This document shows positions 1-7,763 of a DNA stretch of 64,000 bases, piece by piece. Source of the stretch: Firmicutes bacterium CAG:345 (lineage in GTDB: Bacteria > Bacillota_I > Bacilli_A > RFN20 > CAG-288); the NCBI GenBank assembly GCA_000433315.1, contig FR893362.1:3941-67940 (forward strand). The letters are read 5' to 3'. Under the pieces are notes generated by a model, which saw only the letters and a program-made list of their open reading frames with translations, had not been told where the DNA came from and ran no database searches. The first letter of the stretch is position 1. Each line of letters opens with the position of its first letter. The position numbers were made by a program, and so were the translations under genes.

Positions 1-148
1 AAATATCACTGATATTAGGAACATTAGATATTATAATTTTTTTACGTAAAAAAATTGCAATTGCTAAAATTGCTAAAGCTTCATTTTTAGAGCCTTGATT
101 TTCTATAGTTCCGAAAAGTTTCTTTCCACCATTAATCACATAGCGCAT
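1..148 (-). CDS. murA: UDP-N-acetylglucosamine 1-carboxyvinyltransferase MurA, N-terminal fragment; the gene continues past the window start
   Basis: The reverse complement from the ATG at 148-146 translates to MRYVINGGKKLFGTIENQGSKNEALAILAIAIFLRKKIIISNVPNISDI. This fits the MurA N-terminal pattern G.KL.G.V..GAKNA.LPI..A.LL....NVP.L.DV. It is too short to appear in the ORF track. Confidence 0.55.
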   Translation of the reverse strand, partial: MRYVINGGKKLFGTIENQGSKNEALAILAIAIFLRKKIIISNVPNISDI

Positions 149-179
149 ATCTATTAAAAGATATGCAAAATAAATAGTT

Positions 180-770
180 TTATACTTTTAATAATTTAGA
201 TAAATATTTATCTGGATATGGCATCACAAGCGAAGAAATTTTAGAATTAAATAAAACTGGAATAAAAAACTTTCCTGGTTCTTTAGGCATTGCAAAATCT
301 TTTTCAAATTCCATCGAACAAACTTGAACAAAATTGTAATCAGTATATTCATCCGGAACATTAAAAAATGATGGTTCTTCTTCTGCGGAAAATAAATTGT
401 TATACAAAATTTTATTAAATCTATTATGTGAAATTTCTCTATTACTATATTTTTTATAAAAATTTAATAAATTATCATACGTTTCTAGCAAAATATTCTT
501 CAAATCATTTTTTCCTTTTGAAGGAGCTATTAAAACATTTGCTCTAAATCTTTCATTATTTTCATCAAAAGTTATATAACAATATCCTAAAGTTAAAAAG
601 CCATTAGTAAATAAATCATATCTTTTCTGTGAATTGTAATTTATAAAACGATTTAATTTCGATAAAAAATTACGTTCTTGCATAAATTTAAAGATTTCAT
701 CTTTTCCTTCATAAGCAATAACTTTCTTGTGTTTTTCTACAATTTCATCAAAATTACATTCTTCAAACAT
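180..770 (-). CDS. hypothetical protein of 196 aa with no recognisable motif
   Basis: Clean 196-codon ORF from the track with coding-like composition and no family motif I can recognise. Confidence 0.45.
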   Translation of the reverse strand: MFEECNFDEIVEKHKKVIAYEGKDEIFKFMQERNFLSKLNRFINYNSQKRYDLFTNGFLTLGYCYITFDENNERFRANVLIAPSKGKNDLKNILLETYDNLLNFYKKYSNREISHNRFNKILYNNLFSAEEEPSFFNVPDEYTDYNFVQVCSMEFEKDFAMPKEPGKFFIPVLFNSKISSLVMPYPDKYLSKLLKV

Positions 771-997
771 ACAATAAGTTTAATAATTATTTTTATTTTT
801 GTCTATATTTTTTCATGAAAATTTACATTATTTTTACACCAATTTTCTTGTAAAAAGCAGCTAATTTTTTTCTTAAAGTTGCTTTCTTTTAAACTCTTTA
901 TCACTATTGACCTATTTTAAATAGCAATTTTTTATACTGCTTTTTTGTTGACTACAAGTATTAGTATTAAAAAAACTTCTTTTGCTATACTAAAATT

Positions 998-2278
998 ATG
1001 AACCAAAACAGCTTAAATAATTTCAAAGATCTTCCCCAAAAAACAATTCTATCAATCGACTTAAAATCATTCTATGCGTCAGTAGAATGTATAGATAGAG
1101 GCTTAGATCCTTTCTATACTCCACTTGTTGTTGCTGATAAATCACGTGGTGATGGAACAATTATTTTAGCCGTTTCTCCTTATCTTAAAACATTAAACAT
1201 TCCATCAAGATTAAGAGTTTTCGAGCTACCAAAAATTGACAATTTAATATTCGCCACGCCAAGAATGCAAAGATACCTTGAAGTTTCTGCCGAAGTAGTA
1301 AAAATTTTTATGGAATTTGTCTCCTTTGAAGATATTTATGTTTATTCTATCGACGAGAGCTTTATAGATATAACTAATTATCCAAATTTAAAAAATATAG
1401 GCGCTTATAATATCGCCAAAAAAATATTTTTAAGAATTAAAGAAAAGTTAAAATTAACTGTAACAATCGGCATAGGCGAAAATATTTTTATGGCCAAAGC
1501 TTGCATGGATATCGAATCAAAGCATAGCAAAGATTTCATCGCTGAATGGAAATATGAAGATATTCCTTATAAATTATGGCCTGTATATCCTCTTAGTAAA
1601 ATGTGGGGTATTGGAAAAAGATTAGAAAAAAAGCTTAATGATATCGGTATATATAAAGTTGGTGATATTGCTACTTGTACTCCAGAATATTTAAAATCTA
1701 AATTCGGCATCATCGGTGAAGAAATATATAATCATTCATTTGGCATAGATTTTGCTGATATTCATGAAAAATACACTCCTAAATCCCATTCATTAAGCGT
1801 AGGTCAAGTTCTATTTGAAGATTATGAATTCAAAAATATTCTTTTCCCTATATATGAAATGGCTGAAGAATTAACCATTAGACTTATGAATGAAAATGTT
1901 CTTGCTGGCGGAATAAGTTTAACATGTATTTATGCTTCAAGATCAGAAGGATTTTCAGAAACAATAATCTTCGGAGCTCCAACAGATGATGAAAAAGAGA
2001 TCAAAAACGCATTAAAAAGTATTCTTATTAAAAAAGCAAACAAATCTTTTAAAATAAGAACCATCAATATCAATGCTATAAAGTTAACTTCTAATGAATA
2101 CTACCAACCAGATTTATTCAGTAATCAAATAGATGACGAAAAGAGAAAAAATTTAGCCCAAATAATATTTAAAATTAAAAAAACATATGGAGAAGAAAAA
2201 ATAACCAAACTCATTTCTGCATACGAAAAATCTAATTTTGAAAAAAGACATAATGAAATTGGAGGACATAAAAAATGA
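998..2278 (+). CDS. Y-family (UmuC/DinB/ImpB-type) translesion DNA polymerase
   Basis: N-terminal SIDLKSFYASVE matches the DxDxFYAxVE catalytic motif, and SIDESFIDIT matches the SIDEAFLD motif. Length is 426 aa. The start follows closely after a TATACT box at 986-991, so the transcript has a short or absent leader. Confidence 0.85.
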   Translation: MNQNSLNNFKDLPQKTILSIDLKSFYASVECIDRGLDPFYTPLVVADKSRGDGTIILAVSPYLKTLNIPSRLRVFELPKIDNLIFATPRMQRYLEVSAEVVKIFMEFVSFEDIYVYSIDESFIDITNYPNLKNIGAYNIAKKIFLRIKEKLKLTVTIGIGENIFMAKACMDIESKHSKDFIAEWKYEDIPYKLWPVYPLSKMWGIGKRLEKKLNDIGIYKVGDIATCTPEYLKSKFGIIGEEIYNHSFGIDFADIHEKYTPKSHSLSVGQVLFEDYEFKNILFPIYEMAEELTIRLMNENVLAGGISLTCIYASRSEGFSETIIFGAPTDDEKEIKNALKSILIKKANKSFKIRTININAIKLTSNEYYQPDLFSNQIDDEKRKNLAQIIFKIKKTYGEEKITKLISAYEKSNFEKRHNEIGGHKK

Positions 2279-2601
2279 TAAATGATCGTGGAATCAAAAA
2301 ATTTGCTGCTTTTAAATCACTAAAGGGGCAATATGAAATATTAAATGAAGAAATTAAAAAAAATAATATGATAGAAATGCCAGAATTACAAGATGATCAA
2401 ATCGAAAAAATCGCTTGTAATTTAGCATTATTAAATAGTAATAATAATCAAACTGTAGATATAAAATACTTCGATAAAGGATATGTTCAATTCTTTTTAG
2501 GTCCTATTAAAAAAATAACTAATAAATATTTAATTTTAGCGAACCAGAAATCTTCTAAAATTATATTTTCAAATATTATTAATTTAGAAATAATCGATTA
2601 A
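2275..2601 (+). CDS. YolD-like small protein, a putative UmuD-like accessory partner of the Y-family polymerase
   Basis: 108-aa ORF overlapping the polymerase stop by 4 nt, which suggests translational coupling. Firmicutes UmuC-type genes are typically followed by a YolD-family gene of about 110 aa. The assignment rests on size and position, not on a motif. Confidence 0.4.
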   Translation: MINDRGIKKFAAFKSLKGQYEILNEEIKKNNMIEMPELQDDQIEKIACNLALLNSNNNQTVDIKYFDKGYVQFFLGPIKKITNKYLILANQKSSKIIFSNIINLEIID

Positions 2602-4016
2602 TACCAGATAAAATATGTATCTTCATTCTTTTTGAAATCATCATAAAAATCCACATTTCTTTCATCATCAATTTTTTGTCTATCTAATTGAGAAAGAACA
2701 TATTGTTCTTGATTTTCCTTTAATACTTCGTCTATTTGAGAACTATATGTCTCGATCAAATGACATATTTCTTCAATAATATCTTTCTCTTCTTGATAAT
2801 ATACACTTATATTATTATAAAGATTCTTATACTGATAAATTAAATATGTATCATCTTTCTCATATTTTAAATTAACTTTTTCTTTATTTTGAAAATCTTT
2901 GTTAGACATAAATTTACTGAGTAATATTGCAAAATTATACGCATCAAAATCAGAATAATAAATATTAGAACAATCAATATTTCCAACTTCTTCAATTTTG
3001 TTTTCAATTACATTTGTATAACTTGTCATAAATTTTAAAAATAATGGTCTCCATTCATTAAAATTATGACTTCTTATATCTTTATATTTTTTTACTAATT
3101 TTTCAAAATCATTTTTAAAACTTGTAATTTGTTTTCCATATTTTATCTTTAAAAAAGATTCCACAAGAGTATTTTTTATTGCCAATATTTTTTCATAAGA
3201 ACAATTTCTATATTTCTCGATTAATTCTTCGATTTTTATTTCATCAGAAAAACAAGATAAATATGTATTTATATTTAAAATAGCTACATATTTTTCAAGA
3301 GATATTTCAAATTTTTTAGCTTCAATTCTGTATTGTTCAAAAAGATCATTATCAGATATTTTTTTACAATCATAAAATTGTGCATAAATATAATTCTTTT
3401 TTAAATAATTAGCTAGCGTTTTTCCAACACGTTTTTTTACTATAATTACATCTGAATCATTTCCATAAAAAAGAACATTTATTTTATTTGGATTATCTTT
3501 TGTTGCATTAACATTTAAATAATAAGAGTTTTTAGAGCTATCAAAAATAAATTTTATAGCTTCATCTAAATCTAATTCGCCTTTTTTATGCGTTTGACCA
3601 ATAGCTATTTTTGCATCCTCATTAGCTGCTATAATATTCTCAACTTTTCCATTTGTTTTAAAACTGATTTCAAAAAAAGGATTATCATCATTTTGATTAT
3701 TTCCTGAAATATAAAAAGAGGTCATAACAGGAGAATTTAATTTGATAGAAGAAGTATCGTATTCAATTTTAATTTCTCCTCCACTTACTATAAGTAAAGC
3801 AATAAGAAGACCATAATTAACAATATTGTCAATATTATCTTTTTGAAAAACTGGAAAAAGAGATTTACAAAGAGTTTTTTTAGGAGGTGTAATATTCTCT
3901 TTATAGAGTCTTTTTAAAAACTTATTTTTTTCCTCCATTGGATTAAATATTTCTTTTGCATCCTCTTTCAATACTATTTTTAAATTTCTACTGCGCATCT
4001 TTTTTTTCCTCTTCAA
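2598..4016 (-). CDS. putative anti-sigma factor: short cytoplasmic N-terminus, one transmembrane helix, large extracytoplasmic domain
   Basis: Overlaps the 3' end of the ECF sigma gene by 29 nt. There is a basic N-terminus, a single hydrophobic segment (NIVNYGLLIALLIVSGG, about residues 65-81) and a roughly 390-aa C-terminal domain of unknown fold. Confidence 0.5.
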   Translation of the reverse strand: MKRKKKMRSRNLKIVLKEDAKEIFNPMEEKNKFLKRLYKENITPPKKTLCKSLFPVFQKDNIDNIVNYGLLIALLIVSGGEIKIEYDTSSIKLNSPVMTSFYISGNNQNDDNPFFEISFKTNGKVENIIAANEDAKIAIGQTHKKGELDLDEAIKFIFDSSKNSYYLNVNATKDNPNKINVLFYGNDSDVIIVKKRVGKTLANYLKKNYIYAQFYDCKKISDNDLFEQYRIEAKKFEISLEKYVAILNINTYLSCFSDEIKIEELIEKYRNCSYEKILAIKNTLVESFLKIKYGKQITSFKNDFEKLVKKYKDIRSHNFNEWRPLFLKFMTSYTNVIENKIEEVGNIDCSNIYYSDFDAYNFAILLSKFMSNKDFQNKEKVNLKYEKDDTYLIYQYKNLYNNISVYYQEEKDIIEEICHLIETYSSQIDEVLKENQEQYVLSQLDRQKIDDERNVDFYDDFKKNEDTYFIWY

Positions 4017-4536
4017 GCAATACTTTTTTTAATTTCTTTAATGAATTTTTATATTTCCACGTAACTGTTCCTAAAGGTAGATTTAATATTTCAGCAATTT
4101 CTCGATGTTTATATTCGCCAATAATATATAAATAAAGAATTTTATAATCTTCTTCTTTTAAAATTTTTTTAGCAAGATTCCAAGTAGAAACATCATTATC
4201 TTTTGGATCAATATATCCTAATTTATTAATAGGATCAGCATCATCCAAAGAAATTAAATCTTTTTTCTTTTTCAATCTTGCAAGAGCGATATTTCTAGAA
4301 ATTTCAAAAATCCAATTTCTTACAGATGTTCCAAAGCGATATTGATCAGCTTTTTTAGCAACAATCATAAAAGTATCCTGAACTATATCTTTGCTTTCTT
4401 CTTCATCATGAATAATAGACATCACAAAAGAAAAGACTGCAGGCGATAAAAGAACATATAAATCTCCTAACGCTGAAGAGTCTTTTAAAGTCATATATTT
4501 TTCTAAATATAATTCCGCTCTATCATTAGTATTCAA
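3988..4536 (-). CDS. ECF-type sigma-70 family RNA polymerase sigma factor
   Basis: 182 aa. Region 2-like DIVQDTFMIVAKK..YRF and region 4 helix-turn-helix EIAEILNLPLGTVTWKYKNSLKKLKK. The start is TTG, with an AGGAGAG ribosome-binding site 5 nt upstream. Confidence 0.8.
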   Translation of the reverse strand: MNTNDRAELYLEKYMTLKDSSALGDLYVLLSPAVFSFVMSIIHDEEESKDIVQDTFMIVAKKADQYRFGTSVRNWIFEISRNIALARLKKKKDLISLDDADPINKLGYIDPKDNDVSTWNLAKKILKEEDYKILYLYIIGEYKHREIAEILNLPLGTVTWKYKNSLKKLKKVLLEEEKKDAQ

Positions 4537-4640
4537 AGTGCTCTCCTATAATAACTTTAATACTCTTCATTATATAAAGAATAAATGTTAAATATTTATT
4601 GGTAAAACAAGTATATCAAAAATTCATAAAAAAGCAATTA

Positions 4641-4666
4641 ACAAAAAACACTGCCAAGGCAGTGTT
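4641..4666 (-). terminator. rho-independent terminator of gltX
   Basis: 9-bp stem aacactgcc/ggcagtgtt (4647-4655 / 4658-4666) with an aa loop, followed on the minus strand by TTTTTTGT. It abuts the gltX stop codon. Confidence 0.6.
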
Positions 4667-6339
4667 TAAGCTAATACTTTAGAATTTAATGTTTTATCAA
4701 TTCTTCTTGAAACTTCTTCTTTTCCAAGAATTTTCATACTTTGGAAAAGGTTAGGACTATTTTTACTTGTTGTAAGAGCAATTCTTACCATTTCAGCAAC
4801 ATCACCTACATGTCCTATAAAATGTTCCTTATCCTTTTTATATTCTTTAAAACTTAAAGCAAATCCATGTTTAGCGCCTAAATTTTTAAGACTATCAAAC
4901 CAACTGCTTTCTTCTTGATCTAAATTCAAACTATCTTTAAATTCAACAAGAATTGTTTTAATTATATTTTTATCTATAAATGGGTTAAATGGTAATTCAG
5001 TATTTTCAAAAAGTTCATCGTAAATATCACAATCAAAGAATTTAATCTTTTCATAAATATCAGAATAAACATCGTAATCTTTTCTTGGATGTTCTTGATT
5101 TCTTTCAATATTCATAATCTTTTCAAATTTAGCTGGATCTTTAGATATTAAATTATATAACTTAGGATCATATTTTTGAGCATATTCGGTTGCATTTTTA
5201 CTTATTGTCGGAGCATCTAGATAAGATAGAACATCTTTGGAAATATTGCGAAGTTTAGGTAAATCAAACAAGGCACCATCCAAGCTCATTTTTTCAAATG
5301 TAAAATTAAATTTTGAAACATCTTCTTTTGGATTTGCTCTTAGCCATTCTTCAAAATTTGAATTAGCAATAGTTAATAAATATTTAATGATTCCCTCAAC
5401 AGGATAACCATGTTCTATAAAATAACTTACAGCCGCTTCTTGATCTTTACGTTTAGATAATTTACGTCTATTTCCATTTTCATCTACCTTCATAATAACT
5501 GGAAGATGAGCATAATCAGGAGCTTTCCATCCCATAGCTTCAAATAATTCTAGATGTATAGGAAGTGAGGATAACCATTCTTCTCCACGGGTAATTGTTG
5601 TTGTTCCCATGAAATGGTCATCAACCAAATGAGCAAAATGATATGTAGGAAGTCCATCTGATTTCATAATGACAATATCTTGATCATTTTGAGAAAGATT
5701 TAAATCACCGCGAATTAAATCATGAACTTTAATATATTTTGTATGATCGCCTAAAGAATGAAAACGAATTACATAAGGTTTTCCTTGCTTTATTAATTCT
5801 GCTGCCTGATCAGGAGTATAATAACGACATTTAGCATATAATCCATAATATCCAGGAATAACTTTATTAGCTTCTTGTGTTTGGCGTAACAAATTCAAAT
5901 CTTCTTGAGAGCAAAAACAAGGATAAGCTCTTCCTCTTCTAATTAATTCTTTTATAACTATCTTATAAATATCAGCTCTTTTAGATTGAACATAAGGTCC
6001 ATAAATACCTTCTTCATGGTCGCCAAAATATCCTTCATCTTGCACAACTCCAAAGTACTTAAGTTGATCGACTAGTTCTTTTCCAGAGCCTTCAATTTCT
6101 CTTTTTTGATCAGTATCTTCAAGTCTAAAGAAATATACACCACCTGATTGTTTACTAACAGTGTATGCAACTAATGCAGTAAATAAACTTCCAGTATGTA
6201 AAAAACCAGTAGGACTTGGAGCAAATCTTGTAACCATCGCTCCTTCTTTTAAATTTCTCTTCGGGTATCTTTTTTCAAGATCTTCTATTGTTCCTGTTAC
6301 ATCAGGAAAAATCAAATCTGCTAATTCACTATATGTCAT
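4666..6339 (-). CDS. gltX: glutamyl-tRNA synthetase
   Basis: Class I HIGH motif RFAPSPTGFLHTGS, KMSKS motif KLSKRK, and overall GluRS-like sequence. GGAGG ribosome-binding site upstream. Confidence 0.9.
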   Translation of the reverse strand: MTYSELADLIFPDVTGTIEDLEKRYPKRNLKEGAMVTRFAPSPTGFLHTGSLFTALVAYTVSKQSGGVYFFRLEDTDQKREIEGSGKELVDQLKYFGVVQDEGYFGDHEEGIYGPYVQSKRADIYKIVIKELIRRGRAYPCFCSQEDLNLLRQTQEANKVIPGYYGLYAKCRYYTPDQAAELIKQGKPYVIRFHSLGDHTKYIKVHDLIRGDLNLSQNDQDIVIMKSDGLPTYHFAHLVDDHFMGTTTITRGEEWLSSLPIHLELFEAMGWKAPDYAHLPVIMKVDENGNRRKLSKRKDQEAAVSYFIEHGYPVEGIIKYLLTIANSNFEEWLRANPKEDVSKFNFTFEKMSLDGALFDLPKLRNISKDVLSYLDAPTISKNATEYAQKYDPKLYNLISKDPAKFEKIMNIERNQEHPRKDYDVYSDIYEKIKFFDCDIYDELFENTELPFNPFIDKNIIKTILVEFKDSLNLDQEESSWFDSLKNLGAKHGFALSFKEYKKDKEHFIGHVGDVAEMVRIALTTSKNSPNLFQSMKILGKEEVSRRIDKTLNSKVLA

Positions 6340-6358
6340 AATTTCCTCCTAAAATATC

Positions 6359-7327
6359 TTATTTAATTGGTCTAATATAAAATTTTCCATATACTTGATA
6401 TGTATTAATAACTGTTACAAAACAATTTGGGTCAACTTCACGCATAACTTTTATAGCCTTTTTTACTTCATTATAAGAAACAACCATGTAAATAATTAAT
6501 CTATCATTACCTGTATATCCACCTTTTCCATCAACTATAGTACATCCATGTGGAAAAGAATGAATCAAAACTTGGGACATCTGGGTTGAAGAAGTAAATA
6601 TTTGAAGTTCAGTTTTCTTATTTTTCTTATTTAAAAGATCAACAACAGTACCTGAAGTAAAAAAGTAAATTACAGTATATAAAGCCATCGTAACAACTTG
6701 CGATACATTTGATTGATCATGCATTATTCTCAAGAATACATAAAGTAAAACAATAGTAGCATTAATTCCAGTTGAATATTTTCCAAGAGATGTCGATTTT
6801 CTTTCAGCTATATATAACGCAATCAAATCTATCCCACCTGTTGAACTATTAGCATATAAAGCTAAAACTACACTTAATCCAGTAAGAATTCCTGCAAATA
6901 GAGCTCTAGCAATATTATCATCTAGAATATTAAAAATAGTTGTCCAACTTTCTGGAATAAGATCTATAAAAACAGAAACTAATAGAACATTTATAAATGT
7001 AAAAATAGTAAATTTCTTTCCTATGCGACACCAAGATAAAATAAATAAAGGTGCATTTATTAAGAAATAAAAAATAGATTGCAGCATTGTACTATCCAAA
7101 TTTGGAAATGGAAAAAGCAATATTTGAATTAAAACCTGAGATATACCTGAAGCACCACCTGAAACCATATGTTCAGCACCGGTAGGTGCAATAAAAGATC
7201 TAAAGCCATAAGCAAATAAAAAAGATGATGTTATAGTTAAGACCATATTAAAGAAATATTCACATGATATTTTTAATTTTGGATGGTCTAATAAGTATTT
7301 TCTTGTATTGTTTATTGTATTATTCAT
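6359..7327 (-). CDS. YitT-family membrane protein (DUF161 with a C-terminal DUF2179 domain)
   Basis: Polytopic N-terminal region followed by a GGYTG...DP.CF soluble domain, as in YitT/YpjC proteins. It lies 19 nt upstream of gltX and is co-directional with it. Confidence 0.7.
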   Translation of the reverse strand: MNNTINNTRKYLLDHPKLKISCEYFFNMVLTITSSFLFAYGFRSFIAPTGAEHMVSGGASGISQVLIQILLFPFPNLDSTMLQSIFYFLINAPLFILSWCRIGKKFTIFTFINVLLVSVFIDLIPESWTTIFNILDDNIARALFAGILTGLSVVLALYANSSTGGIDLIALYIAERKSTSLGKYSTGINATIVLLYVFLRIMHDQSNVSQVVTMALYTVIYFFTSGTVVDLLNKKNKKTELQIFTSSTQMSQVLIHSFPHGCTIVDGKGGYTGNDRLIIYMVVSYNEVKKAIKVMREVDPNCFVTVINTYQVYGKFYIRPIK

Positions 7328-7398
7328 TTTTCCTCACATTGAAAAATCATTAGTATTATAGCAATCACTAAAAAAGTAAACAATAAGCAAAAACTAAT

Positions 7399-7428
7399 TT
7401 AAAATAAAAATGGAGATTAAAATCTCCA
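7399..7428 (-). terminator. rho-independent terminator downstream of rpmF
   Basis: Hairpin GGAGATTAAAATCTCC followed on the minus strand by a T-run (plus-strand aaaataaaaa at 7399-7408). Confidence 0.55.
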
Positions 7429-7455
7429 AAATTTTTAGTTTAGCTTATCAGCCGC

Positions 7456-7638
7456 TTATTTAACTTTAACGTCAATAACCTTTTTGCCGTTATAGTAACC
7501 GCAATGAGAGCAAACTGTATGAGGTTTAATACTTTCTCCACAATTGCTGCAAACAGCGAGGTTTTTAGCTGCTAATTTAAAGTGAGTTCTCCGTAAACGT
7601 TTTGTAGTCTTGGAGGTTCTTCTTGCTGGAACTGCCAT
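7456..7638 (-). CDS. rpmF: 50S ribosomal protein L32
   Basis: [22 protein letters not shown]...CSNCGE...[16 protein letters not shown]. This is the canonical L32 N-terminus and CxxC...CxxC zinc ribbon. AAGGAGAGG ribosome-binding site. Confidence 0.92.
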   Translation of the reverse strand: MAVPARRTSKTTKRLRRTHFKLAAKNLAVCSNCGESIKPHTVCSHCGYYNGKKVIDVKVK

Positions 7639-7681
7639 TTTTGCCTCTCCTTTTCTTTACGCCTAATAAGGCTCGTTAGAT

Positions 7682-7710
7682 AGTATAAAAAAACAAATCA
7701 ATAAAGTCAA
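7682..7710 (-). promoter_or_regulatory. sigma-A type promoter for rpmF
   Basis: On the minus strand: TTGACT, 17-nt spacer, TATACT, followed by a leader of about 45 nt. Confidence 0.5.
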
Positions 7711-7732
7711 GTTTTTTCTTTTCCCATAGTAT

Positions 7733-7758
7733 AAAAGCATCCTGTTTAGGATGCTTTT
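7733..7758 (-). terminator. terminator hairpin downstream of the pullulanase gene
   Basis: aaaagcatcctg-ttt-aggatgctttt is a perfect 10-bp inverted repeat flanked by A and T runs, immediately after the stop at 7764. Confidence 0.5.
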
Positions 7759-7763
7759 ATCAA

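Noticed and set aside
6161-6352. Short ORFs antisense to or overlapping long conserved genes (examples at 6161-6352, 8425-8752, 11797-12087, 12801-13263, 14981-15295, 17318-17846, 35052-39755, 41452-41847, 43205-44864)
   Set aside because: They lie entirely inside well-supported housekeeping or long genes on the opposite strand or in another frame, and have no ribosome-binding site or motifs. They are typical spurious ORFs in the antisense of coding DNA.
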